Source: Fistulifera solaris (taxonomy: Eukaryota). Taken from it: DNA of 64,000 nt. Shown piece after piece: positions 25,734 through 37,095 of this stretch (positions within the stretch are counted from its first letter, which is position 1; every line of letters starts with the position of its first letter). Below the pieces are notes generated by a model, which ran no database searches, was not told the origin of the DNA, and saw nothing but the letters and a program-made list of their open reading frames with translations. Both the position numbers and the translations under genes were made by a program. The stretch lies in NCBI GenBank assembly GCA_030295235.1, contig AP026143.1:248001-312000 (forward strand), written 5' to 3'.

Positions 25734-25850
25734 TTCACGTTAGTAGAAAATATGGACAAGTGATAATTTCACGTTTCCAGAAAATATGGAGATGTGGTGG
25801 TTTCACGTGTCCAGAAAATATGGGAGAATATTTCACGTATCCAGAAAATG
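25734..25850. promoter_or_regulatory. Four-copy direct repeat TTTCACGTNTCCAGAAAATATGG upstream of DUF6824 paralog A
   Basis: Copies at ~25734, 25767, 25801 and 25831 with short unrelated spacers; ACGT core plus TCCAGAA. The repeat is seen directly; the regulatory role is inferred. Confidence 0.55.
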
Positions 25851-26667
25851 CTTGTTTTGAGAAATGAAATGCTTCAATGATCACATGGTACCTGGTAGCC
25901 TTTCCCTTGTTTACAGACACCATGCTGACTGCTGACCAACGGATCTCGGTAGAGTTCATGTGGACGAACCAACGGCACGGATGACGTAAGATGATATCGC
26001 TCAGCTTTCTCGTTCTATTTCTCAGCAAACGATGCCAGAACTGGACACGAAGTTATGCTGCAACTTTATGCTCGCTACATGCTGTGTTCATGTCTGTTGT
26101 TTCGGTTAAAAACGACACTTCCACGCAATAATTCACATCTCAGAGACCTACCGCCTTTGTGCGCGCGAGACATTGATAACTCAAGTGACTCTACCCTCGG
26201 TAGCGTTACGCATCAGTGGCATAAGACTTTTCCAGAACTCCTTTGCGAAATGACCCCCCGCTGGTCGCTTTATAAGAAGATAGCATCTTCTACTCGCGAT
26301 CTTTCTTGTTGTGGCAGCGATATCACGGAAAATTTATCTTATGAAACAGCGCTCGACCATCAACCCCAACAGCCAATTGGAAAAGTGAAACGTCTTGCCT
26401 CCTTTCTTGAAGTGATACTTGAGGGGACGATGCGATAGATTAGCAGGGTGTTGAACTGTAGTGTGGAAAGTTTTAAAAGACTGCTGCGCTGTACAAAAGA
26501 TGAAGGAACGAGGCGAAGTACAAGTACACGATGAGTTGATTTTACTATGACCAAAAGATGAAATATTTACTCTTGAAGCTGCGTGATGATTCACTTCCTT
26601 GTACTCTACATCATTTTTCGCACGTTCGCACATATATTTACCATCAAGGTTACGCTGCAATCGTCTC

Positions 26668-27200
26668 TCACGGTCCCTGGGGTGGCAATATCGCCACGTT
26701 GAAACGTTGCACTGCCTGCTTTTCTTGACACAACCGCAGCTTACTCTGTAAAGCCGTCCGAATCTTATTGAGCGCAGCGCTTCGGCTCATTTTTGAAAAC
26801 CCTTTCTCCCTTGTTTGAAAAAGCGACCACCGTCATTGACGACGAGTTCGTAAATGTTTTGTACGACGGCGTATTTCTGTTTCGGATCACCCATGAAGAA
26901 AGCACTGACTGAGAAATGAACGAGCTTACGGTATCGGACGTTTCCGGGGTGATAATGCAAGTGTCTCTTGGGAAGGACATCGTACTTGTTGATACAGAAG
27001 CTCTCCGTTTTCTTGGTACAAGCAGTGAGAGGTCTCGGCGACGGGTCTTCAACAGGGTAAGAAGATGGACCGTCTTTCAAATCAAAGATGGGGACGATCG
27101 CCGTGGCTATAGCCGTGGATTTTTGATAGAATACTTTCTCGATCAACCATTTCTGGGCTTCATCGGCCAACAGATTGAATTCGTTTTCTTGGTTCGACAT
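26668..27200 (-). CDS. DUF6824-like diatom protein, paralog B; apparent frameshift ~26800
   Basis: YDVL...HYHPGNVRYRKLV...GGRFFK; the shifted frame continues KMSRSAALNKIRTALQ; N-terminus (LADEAQKWLIEK) matches paralog A (LAYEVEKWLNEK). Confidence 0.7.
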
Positions 27201-28020
27201 CTTGTGCATTGAGAAACAAAGCAAATAAATCAATGAGGAGATCGTATAAACAAAAGCATGAAAGCAATGCAGCATTGGAGAATTTTTTGAAGACGTCGGG
27301 CTTCATGTTGTTGAAAAAACGCCGGCGGTGCCTTTTGCCACGTGATGTTGATCCCATTTGCGTCTGTCAGTTGTCGGTTGCGAGTCTCTCCGCGAAAGCA
27401 TTCGCTAACCTTAACAGATTTTTTGGATGTTTCTTCCACCAAAAGCCCGTCGGCAACAACAGCACCAACAGCAACTAGATCAAATTATCTTCCATTCCGC
27501 TTCATTTTCAATTAGATGTTTCATTATCGAAAATACAAAGGTGACTGATTTCAGTCGTGAGTTCGTGACCGATTTTATCCCAATCATTCAATTACATCGT
27601 GTTTTTTCGTTTCCCCATGATCGAATAGATAAGAGCTTATTGTCATAACACGTTTCGATACTTTGTGCTGAAGAGGGCGATTGTCTACCATAAAACAAGG
27701 ACGCTTCGCACCCGACCGAAATTAATCGCTGAGTTCAAGGATGAAGTTAACCGAATTTGTCAAAGCTAAATTGCAAGTATTGATCAAATTCGGAGTATTA
27801 TTCACTATTTATTTTGAGCTAGATTGAAACGCTCTTCTCCCTTGGCTTTTCGTAAAATCATCGCGTTCCTGGTGTAGCATCTACATTTCCAAGACTGGAT
27901 TGTAGTCACGAGTTGTTACGGAAGCACGCATAAATAATGGTCTCATCATCAATACTGTAAAACAATATAAGCGCACAAACACATCAATGAACTTGAAAGC
28001 CAGAAATTAACGTTTTAATC

Positions 28021-28640
28021 ATGTCAAGCAACAAAACTTCAGATGAGGCTTCTAGAAACGATTTGTCGCAAGCCGGAGCCGTGAGCGCAGACGAACAAGC
28101 GGCCCGTACCTTTACGTCATGGACCAACTGACGACACTCTACGGCTTCGCTCCTTCGGTCGCGGAACAAGCGGTTGAAGCCGTCGGTGCTGACGCGGAAG
28201 CATGTTGTACTTATATTCTGGATCATCAATTAGCCGAAGATCAAGGAGGTCCCGTATTTCCGGTCGATCACTGTCCCCATTTGAATATACAGATCACCAT
28301 CGACGCACTGCCTCCGCTTCCGCAAGCTACGTCGTGTTCACACGTCTCGGACGGAACAAGAACCGGTCGTTTGAAAGCTACCACTAGCGACGATGGGTAT
28401 TCGTGTCCATCGAGCAACGAGAATTGGATCTGTTTGGAGTGTGGAGTTATTCGTTGTAGTCGATACGCCAATGCACACGCTACCGCCCATTTTGAAGCTT
28501 CGGGTCATTCGACGGTCATCAGTTTGGCGGATTTGTCAGTCTGGTGTTACCAGTGTCAAGCCTATGTTGCTAATCGAGACAACCAAACGCTATGTGGTCT
28601 ACTGGAAGAATTGGAAAGAGGAAGTTTTCAAATGAATGAT
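28021..28640 (+). CDS. UBP-type zinc-finger protein with N-terminal UBA-like segment; ends approximate, apparent frameshifts
   Basis: CPH...ENWICLECG...CSRYANAH...HF...H...SLADLSVWCYQCQAYV is a ZnF-UBP (HDAC6-like) pattern. Confidence 0.75.
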
Positions 28641-28709
28641 GAACAAAATATTATGTATCGTCACAAAAAATACTCGACAAGCAGAATCAAAACGTTGCAA
28701 ATGCAGCTT

Positions 28710-30704
28710 CTAATAGCTCTCATCGGCTTCCTTGTCAACAGGAGCTTCATCTTCATTCTCATCTTTCTGAAGAACTTTGACTTTCGTTTCGTGGTCGTAA
28801 ATGATGGCTTTGCCCGACTCATCGAACTTCAAAACTTGCTGATCGGCCGGCAGAATCAAGTTCAACAACATGGCGACCACCGTTCCCACACAATACCCGG
28901 TCGACAAGAAAATAGATACGCCATTGCGGATGCCCTTGAGAGATTCGGAACAGTCCTCGCATCTCCAAAAGTTGGCCGTGTACGACGACGCACGCATATC
29001 TTGAAAGGCAAACGGCCAGACACTGACACCGACACCAATCGCCAGCGACAAGGCCAAAATGAACTTGTTGCGACGGGAATGCAAATCAATGTTGCCAGTC
29101 AAGGCGATGCCCGAGGCCAGGACGTTAGCGAAAAGAAAGATCGTCATGCCGCCAATGACACAGTCGGGGATGCTGGTTATGACGCCCGCGAATTTACTCA
29201 GAACGCCCATGGTAATTAACCAGAAAGCACACGCATATCCGGATCGACGCGAAGCGCACTTGGTGAGGGAGATCACTCCGTTGTTTTGTGAAAACGTCGT
29301 ATTGGGCATGGAGGTGAAGAGACCCGACAAGATGGAGCAGAAAGCATCCGAAGTGAGTCCACCTTGCACACTTCCTTCGTAGTCTTCCGTGTCCGTGGGC
29401 AAGTCGGATGCTTCGAACGTAGCCGTAATGTCCCCCACCGTCTCGACTGTGGTGACAAGGTAGGCAATCAACATCGGAATAACTGCCGGTCCGTAAACTC
29501 CGAGGGGAAAGGTTTCGACCCACAAGAACGTGATGGGGTCAGCATCGGCAATCTTGTCTTTCGTTACATACTGGAGGCCATTGTAGTCCGAAACAGCAGC
29601 GATAAAGTAACCGAACATCAAGGCAATAAAGACGTTGCAATTCTTCATGAAGACGCTTCCAAATAATTCGATAAACACCAACATAACCATGACAGACGCA
29701 CCCAATCCAATGTATTCGGTGCTTCCAAAGCCAAGTGCGGTTTCGCCGTTTGTACAGGCCGGACCAGGCGGAGGAAACGTACCATTGTTGGCGTAAAAGG
29801 CATCTAACTGACTGTGTTCCTTCCAAACCATTTCGGCGCAAACGACACCTCCACCCCAGTACTTCATCCCGTTTCCGGTCAAGCCCACACCGATCAAAAT
29901 GACCGTGACGGCTGTCACCAACGGAGGGAAGAGTGACTTGATGTATTTGATGGGCATAACCGAGAAGAACACTTCGAGAAATCCACAAACCATGGCCGTG
30001 CCCAAAACTTTGCCATAGGCTTCGCGACCATCGATGCCATCCTCCTGTTGTGAATTGCAAACGTCAATAAGTGAGCTGGCACAGAATTTATGGAGGAATA
30101 AAAAGCGTGGAACTTTTGCTTACCTTCATCTGGGCCACCGCAATTTCGAAAATAGGAAGAAACGTGAAAGACGTACCCTGTTCGGTGCAACGAGTGTTAA
30201 GCGAGTGTTTCGACAGTAGTTGTCGTGTTCGATACAACTGTTCACTTACCATCACAGAGAGGACTCCACTACCCAAGTACAGTTGACGCCCCCAAAGCTT
30301 TTCCGTGAACGGAATGGGAAACTTGGAAAGGTTGATCAAGCTGCAAATCCCCGAAGAGATCAACGCCGCCGAAATGGCGTACTGCTCTAACGGGGGGCAA
30401 AGGGAAAGCCGCAAACGGCAAAGCGGAACACGACGAGGGAGGTGTGATGAGTCCTCCTACCATGGCGAAAGCGTGCTGGAGGCCCATAATAAGAGCTAGA
30501 AGAATAGGAATTGGCTCATCTGAAGGAACGTTTAGATGTTCGACCGGAGCAAGTGCGTAGCTGGTACCCCTTTCACAACTACTCACCTCTTCCGTAAAAG
30601 TTCAGTGCAGCTTTGGGGGCTCGACTGAAGGGATTCATCGGCACGCACATGGAAGCGTAGTCATAGCGCTCGCTGTCCCCAATGAACAACTCTTTTAAAC
30701 CCAT
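28710..30704 (-). CDS. NCS2/NAT-family xanthine/uric acid (purine) permease, multi-exon
   Basis: MGLQHAFAMVGG, ETVGD and the NAT signature FSQNNGVISLT; introns near 30580 and 30045-30248; small indels ~30400-30440. Confidence 0.9.
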
Positions 30705-31349
30705 GGTTTTCGTCGTCGACAGTTCACCAGTAAGAAAGACGCAGAAATAATATGGAGAGTGACGACGATGCCGAATGAGAGAAAACAAACTTCACGCGAA
30801 TTTATGAGAGGAGCCGGAAAAGATTTTGTTCCCAAACGCATTCGACCCCGTAGGAAGGTTACGTAGAACTCCCGAAAACACTTTCCGACTCATTATTTTT
30901 CCGCTCTTTACTGTTTTCACGATTGTAGCTTTATTTAGTATACTTCGAATTACACTACACGGAAAAGGCGCATTCTTTACTTATATCTGATTTCGTTCCG
31001 ATCGTCTGAGTATACAGAAAGCAGTAAAACTGGGTCCTACCAAAGTACATTTAAAATGATAGTCGGCGATCTATGTGTCAGCAAATTCTCGAAAGACAGA
31101 TGCCACAAAGATACCGCGCCGCCAAACTTCTGCGTTTTTGCTGGGTAGATGGTAGATTTTGGCAACCTTCACTGAAAAATTCCGACAAAGATACTGCCGT
31201 CTTCTGGTGACGGAAGATGAGAAGAATAAAGATAACGATTTCTACATGAGTGTTACGAAACGGACGGCAACGAAATTCTCCTTTTAGTGCAAGGGCGCTC
31301 GATTGCGTTCTGAAGATCTTGTGGGCTTGCGCCTTCTGTACGTTCATTC

Positions 31350-31373
31350 GAAGAAGAAGAAGAAGAAGAAGAA
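31350..31373 (+). repeat. (GAA)8 microsatellite abutting the deaminase ATG
   Basis: Direct reading of the sequence. Confidence 0.9.
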
Positions 31374-32013
31374 TGTCGGTTGTGATTGATGAATCTCTTC
31401 AAAAAGCCCCACTCACGGCCACTCCTGCCGAGCTAAAGCGGATGTTGCAGATCATTAGGGAAGAAATATTTCCTGTGACGGTACAAGGTGTTGCCGATGG
31501 CAATAAAGTGTTTGGGGCTGCTATTTTGGACAAAGACTTTGTTACCACGTGTGTGGAAACAAACCGCGAGACAACTTGCCCGCTCTTTCACGGTGAAGTA
31601 CACGCCATCTATCAGTGGTCCAAGATAGTCGAACCGTCGCAACGTGGCCCCCTGGCACAATCGGCCAACTTTTGGCGACGCACGAACCATGCTGCATGTG
31701 TGTGAGCAGCATCTTGTGGTCAGGTTTTCAAAAAGTTTTTTATTTCTTCCCTTACTCGGTGACCACGGCGCAAGGTATACCCCATGATGTGCGCACGATG
31801 CATGAATTGTGGGGAGTGCCGACGTATCGGAAGCAGAATCGGTATCTCAGCACGGCATGTATCATGGATCTTATCGAGGAACTGCCAGAAGGATCGGAAA
31901 AAGAAGAACTATTGAAATTGCAGAAAGAGCTCTCAGCGGACTACGACAGACTTTCTAACAAATACCATACCGAGAAGGTCGACAATAAAGACAATAGTTT
32001 GGTGCTGGCATAG
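31373..32013 (+). CDS. Cytidine-deaminase-fold nucleobase/nucleoside deaminase (guanine deaminase-like); apparent frameshift ~31670
   Basis: GNKVFGAAIL, PLFHGE and ATHEPCCMC zinc motifs; frame restored by one extra T. Confidence 0.8.
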
Positions 32014-32634
32014 AAAGACAACGTGTGAAGGAGGTTTTGACCATTCGGTTTTGAAGCTATCAAGTTTCATGGCAGTGAGTATTGAAGCATCTAATTGACG
32101 AGGTCCACGCAACTAATGATGAAAAAACAGCCGACCCTATCCGCAAGGAAAAGGTACGACACTTGAGATTTTGAATTAGATCATCTTAGTTACTTTACCT
32201 CTCGGTTCTTGTAGTTTAGTCGGAAGAGTCCGGTCCAATTTTCTGATGTTGATTAATGATCGGCTATGTAATTTCGCCTTTTCCTAAGTATCAGTACCGG
32301 TTTCGCTCCCAAATGAGTGCTTGAGTACCTCTAAGGACCTCTCTTTTGATTCGCATCAAGTCTGCGATCACGAAGAACAGAAGCGAACCCATGTCAAAAA
32401 GTGTCGAGTTCGCAAACTTTCGATTGTGTTCATGATAGAAGCGACAACCTGTCGACGGAGATATTCATGCAGAATAAAAAGCCTTCATGAAAGCACTCAA
32501 CGAACAAGATCGAACGGGGTTGAAGCGCTTATTCCTGAGGGATGGGCACTCCTAGAACCCTCATTTTCAATTACGCAACACAATATAGCCAACTGCTTCA
32601 TTACGTATTACATTCTTTGACTTTGAATTAACAA

Positions 32635-34860
32635 ATGATATTAAAGACTGCTATCGACAACCTCTCTACTTCCGCGAAAGTATTGGCGCTGCAGAAGTCT
32701 TACTCAGAGAGTACTTGCGATATGTCGAGTGAAAGGGAATATGCAAAGAAGAAGGCCCGCGGCAACAACGTGTGGTATCGGCATGTTCTCAAACCCCTCC
32801 TGTGGATCCAGCGAAGCAATCGTGCAATGGAAGAAGCCTTTACGCGAAGAGTATATTTACCTGCTGGAATACCGGTCGAAGAGTTTCATATTTCTCTCCA
32901 CGATGCTTGCTCGCCCGAATACTCACCATTCATTGGCCTCTTGTTTGCCAGAAACAATATGATTGAAAATCTTTACAAGTATGGAGACCTGACCGAACCT
33001 TTGACTCAACTTGTCCATCACCTATTTCACATGCTTCCAGGCGGAGAAATTCAACCCACTCATGTGCATCGAAATGCTACGGCACATCTATCGGCGGCCA
33101 TTGTGGGGGCTCTGTTAGAGGAGTGGCATCGAATACCTTCCGATCAACATCTAGCTGCTCGCTTCCAAAAGTGTATCGCTGAACACAAAGACTATCAAGC
33201 AGGACGAAAGGAAGCTCGCGATGTTTTGGAGAAAGCTCAGCAAACCCAGCGAGACTTGATTCAAAAAGACGAGGCTTCAGAGCCGTACCGGGACGAAATT
33301 AAAAGAATCGAAGGTGACGTTATCAAGTATAATAAGCATCTCTTAAAACGCATGGGACCCGATGAAAGTGAAGAAGAGAAAAAGATTATCGAACTAATAA
33401 TTGAAAAAGGCAAGCAGCAAGTGGAAGAACTACGAGCGAAGTACATTGTAACGAGCGCAGATAAGAAAGAAGCGAGGAAGGCAGTGAAACGAGCCGAGGA
33501 TGCTTTAAAACAGGAACAAGAGAATTTAAAAGAATTTGCTCAGGTACTTGCTGCGTGTTTCGGTGAGTACGAGGCATCCTCAAGTGACAAACCACAGTCA
33601 CGTATCAACACTACCGCAATTCTCCTTGCTTTTATGTGGCGCAAATACGATCATCTTCCCGCATTGGGACCCTATTATCAATCTTTGCGTCATATGGGGA
33701 AGCTGAAGATGCCTATTCAGGACATCTTATCATTGTTAGATCGACGATATAGCAAAAGTCACGCGCTCGTGGACAACGACAAGAAGAGACGGTTTAGGGT
33801 ATTTGGACGGGTTCGTCGCCCTTCTTGGCCTTCGAATAAAGTTGTCGAAGCGACATTGGTTGTCGCAGGTCCTCCTAGTGCGCTGGATCGACCACCTGTG
33901 ATTCCATTCTCCTATGTAACCTGGGCTGCTTACAGTAAGTTTCCAGATTGTGGCGAAACGGCGCTTCGAAACTTGATGAATCAAATTCTGTTTCGCGCTG
34001 ATACGCAGATGTTTGATGCTGACCTTCTGGTTGAACTGAAGGAAAAGTACTATCCGGACATCAGCCCTCGACTCATCCGCTTTTACCAACGCAATAGCTG
34101 TCCAAGGAATGCTACGGATCAAGCAATTTCATTGGAATGGATAAATGTGGCATCCAAGTTGAACACGGCGTTAAACATTACCCGGGGACCCAGGATTCGA
34201 TACAGACGGGAGGAGCTTGAACAAAATATTGCAAGTCCACTGAGCAATCTAATGCGGGTGATGAATGCTCTTTTCGGTATCCAGCCAGTAAATGACATGG
34301 CACAGCTTTTGCAGCTCATTAATCGCATCAATGAACTACGTCCCCGACAACGCTTGAACGTAGACTTGAAGAAGATCAAGCCCGATGGCTTTGGGACCTT
34401 ATCATTATCAGTGATTGACAAAACCGGCAAGATGGTCAAGTATGAATTGCACTCCTACAAGCCAGTTCATTTTGGGTTCATACAAGCTCATTCCTCATCT
34501 AGCCAGTCTTCCGACACAGAAAGGTACGAATACGATGCCTTCCGGAAGCTCATGCGTTATGCTAGTGGCGTTCATAATCCGCTCGAGGCTTCTATTGAAG
34601 ATCTCGGTCTGGCTTCTTTGTATGTCCCTTATCAACTACAAAATGGCTTTGTCGGAAAATACTTTCGAAGAACCCCTATTTACTACCCGCTTCTATTTGC
34701 TAACTTAGAAGACGATGCAGCAAAACAATGTGCTATCGATTGGGCAAAGGCCAGATACGATGAAACGAAAAGCCCTGAATTAGCTGCTTGGATCAGTCGG
34801 ATTGAAAACTATGTTGCGCCGAGCTTTGGTCCAATCAAAGAAGTATCGGAGGAGGTCTAG
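32635..34860 (+). CDS. Hypothetical 741-aa protein with coiled-coil insert and FPDCGET motif
   Basis: Long uninterrupted intronless ORF; function unknown (see findings). Confidence 0.85.
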   Translation: MILKTAIDNLSTSAKVLALQKSYSESTCDMSSEREYAKKKARGNNVWYRHVLKPLLWIQRSNRAMEEAFTRRVYLPAGIPVEEFHISLHDACSPEYSPFIGLLFARNNMIENLYKYGDLTEPLTQLVHHLFHMLPGGEIQPTHVHRNATAHLSAAIVGALLEEWHRIPSDQHLAARFQKCIAEHKDYQAGRKEARDVLEKAQQTQRDLIQKDEASEPYRDEIKRIEGDVIKYNKHLLKRMGPDESEEEKKIIELIIEKGKQQVEELRAKYIVTSADKKEARKAVKRAEDALKQEQENLKEFAQVLAACFGEYEASSSDKPQSRINTTAILLAFMWRKYDHLPALGPYYQSLRHMGKLKMPIQDILSLLDRRYSKSHALVDNDKKRRFRVFGRVRRPSWPSNKVVEATLVVAGPPSALDRPPVIPFSYVTWAAYSKFPDCGETALRNLMNQILFRADTQMFDADLLVELKEKYYPDISPRLIRFYQRNSCPRNATDQAISLEWINVASKLNTALNITRGPRIRYRREELEQNIASPLSNLMRVMNALFGIQPVNDMAQLLQLINRINELRPRQRLNVDLKKIKPDGFGTLSLSVIDKTGKMVKYELHSYKPVHFGFIQAHSSSSQSSDTERYEYDAFRKLMRYASGVHNPLEASIEDLGLASLYVPYQLQNGFVGKYFRRTPIYYPLLFANLEDDAAKQCAIDWAKARYDETKSPELAAWISRIENYVAPSFGPIKEVSEEV

Positions 34861-34978
34861 ACGTAAAGATGAAAATTAATTGGTTTATGATAATATATGA
34901 TACATAATAGCTATTCGTGACCCTCGACTGTTTTATGTTTGCCCGTGCACAATTCCATCGCCGTTTATATAATCAGAT

Positions 34979-35941
34979 TCAATCAATGCCGACATTTCGT
35001 TTGTGAACTGCAGAAATCATTCCCTCAAACGAATCCTGCCTTTCTCCATTCTCGATCAAGTCAATCGCCATTCCCATTTCGGCATCCGGTAGGGCCACCA
35101 GTTTCTCTAAAAAGTCTCTCAACACCGCATCTCGCAAGAGACCCAAATGCCCAATTTGGGGAACAATTTCGAGATGACAATTTTGCAACCGCGAATGGAC
35201 ATGCCTCGATATATCCACTGGTAGAACGGAATCATTCTCACCCACATAAATCAAAACAGGATGATGGATATCTCGTTCTATGAAAAAATCGTAAGGTGAA
35301 ATGTCCATGCGATAGTCATTCCGGACTCCGCGGAAGTTGTTGCGCGCCAACGGCAGACAGCACAAGCAGTACTGCAACATAAAGGGCAAGGCCTTCCCGA
35401 TGCAACACGTGTTGAACCACTTTTTGTTCGGTGCCGTGGCGTGTGCGTATTCGGGATCCGAAGACAAGAGCCCTACCGAGAGAACGCGTCCCAGTAAGTG
35501 CGCCGCACATCCCAACGCCAGCGGTCCTCCGCTGGAGTGTCCCATGATGTGAAATTTCTTCACTTGTAAGTGATCGGCTAATTGTTGAATGTCATGAGCG
35601 AACGATCGATGATCGTACGGCCTTGTGAAATTCCGCACCGGGCAATCCGAACCTTCGTAACCCGGCCGATTGATGCAAACGAGAATACAATCGGTCGGCG
35701 GCTCCGTCATGAGAAATGAGTTTCCCGTGAGAAACATAGCGTGCAAGGCAAATACGTAAGGAAGTGTGGGGTCTTTGGGTCCGTCTAAGAAATACGAAAG
35801 GGAACGTCCATCTTCCAGAATCAACGTTTCGCGTTGCAAAGCCGGATCCCACACGCCCTTGACCCGACGCTGCGTTTGCCATTCCTCCCGCCACCGCGAA
35901 ATGGGTATATGTAGATCAATAAAGACAGATCCTAAGACCAT
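34979..35941 (-). CDS. Alpha/beta hydrolase
   Basis: NRPGYEGS, nucleophile elbow GHSSG, GEND and IGHL. Confidence 0.85.
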   Translation of the reverse strand: MVLGSVFIDLHIPISRWREEWQTQRRVKGVWDPALQRETLILEDGRSLSYFLDGPKDPTLPYVFALHAMFLTGNSFLMTEPPTDCILVCINRPGYEGSDCPVRNFTRPYDHRSFAHDIQQLADHLQVKKFHIMGHSSGGPLALGCAAHLLGRVLSVGLLSSDPEYAHATAPNKKWFNTCCIGKALPFMLQYCLCCLPLARNNFRGVRNDYRMDISPYDFFIERDIHHPVLIYVGENDSVLPVDISRHVHSRLQNCHLEIVPQIGHLGLLRDAVLRDFLEKLVALPDAEMGMAIDLIENGERQDSFEGMISAVHKRNVGID

Positions 35942-36358
35942 GCTGTGTCTATGTATTCCATTCAGAACGATGTTTCATTTCTTTTTATTCAATGCAAAAC
36001 TGTCGATGTCAAAAATGAGAATTATTTTCGAAGAAGGCGATCTTTGCGTCTTGCGGATTGATCGAGTAACAGTCGTAGTCGTCACGGCACTGCGAGTATA
36101 CCTTTGGTAAGTAGTCGACCTTTTGGATCAGAAAGTGCAAGAGGAAAGTGTACACAGTCCGTCGTCAGTCCATGGTCAGTCCGCCTCTCGGAGTCGTCTG
36201 TGCGTCACACGGTTTAGGCCTACGCGGGACGGCGGACTGGTCGTCGTCATCCGTCATTCTTTTGGCCTCATCAACACTACAACAATACCAGGTACGGTAA
36301 CGTTTGTTGCATCGCAAGTCGAACTCTCCCATTTTGCAAACCCATCGAACTATCCATC

Positions 36359-37033
36359 ATGTCGGAGCTTAAAGAATACACATTAGAAGAAATTGCCAAG
36401 CACAATACTCAAGAGGATTGTTGGTTGATTATTGGAAATGCTAGCAACGGTGAGTCGACTCTTTTGTGTGTTTATACCTTTTCCCCTTTTGTCTGCAAGC
36501 GATAAACAAACGTGTTGCGTATCATTCCGTTTTCAGACCTGTTGATTGATGTTTCATTGTGTTCGAAAAACGAGGCGCTGCAGAAAAATTCTATATGCTC
36601 CAAAAGAGGTTACTTGTGTCGCATATACCTAAATGCCTCTCACCCGAATTTTGACGTCCCCTTCCCTTATTTTCAACTTTATTATTCGAATCACCTCATA
36701 ATAGGAGGACCCAAAGTTTACGATGTAACCAAGTACTTGGATGATCATCCCGGAGGCGCCGAAGTACTACTGGATGTGGCCGGACAAGATGCCGATGAAT
36801 TCTTCGAGGACATTGGTCACTCCAAGGAAGCGCGAAAAGAGCTGTCCAAGTACTTGATCGGAAATTTCAAGTTGGATGCGGCCGCTATGGAAAAGATGAA
36901 AGCCGCTGCGGAAAAGAGAAGTAAGAGTGAAGGTGGTATGGTCAGCACACTTCTCGTGGCTCTCATTGCTATTGTGGGGGTGGCCGTAGCATACTACAAA
37001 ACGCAACAGTCGGCAGGCGCTGAAGAAAAATAA
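36359..37033 (+). CDS. CYB5: Cytochrome b5, tail-anchored
   Basis: Exon 1 [26 protein letters not shown]; intron 36450-36704; VYDVT...HPGG...GHS; C-terminal TM helix. Confidence 0.92.
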
Positions 37034-37095
37034 AGAAATGCTCTAATACAGTATTATAGCGTACATTGTAATTCAACATGTGGAACCTATCTCAT

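Noticed and set aside
25734..25850. Mini CRISPR array
   Set aside because: Spacers are only ~7-11 bp, repeats are imperfect, no cas genes are present and the context is eukaryotic.
28640..29219. Long C-terminal extension of the ZnF-UBP ORF overlapping the permease in antisense
   Set aside because: It reads as the antisense shadow of the NCS2 CDS; probably read-through caused by an indel near 28620.
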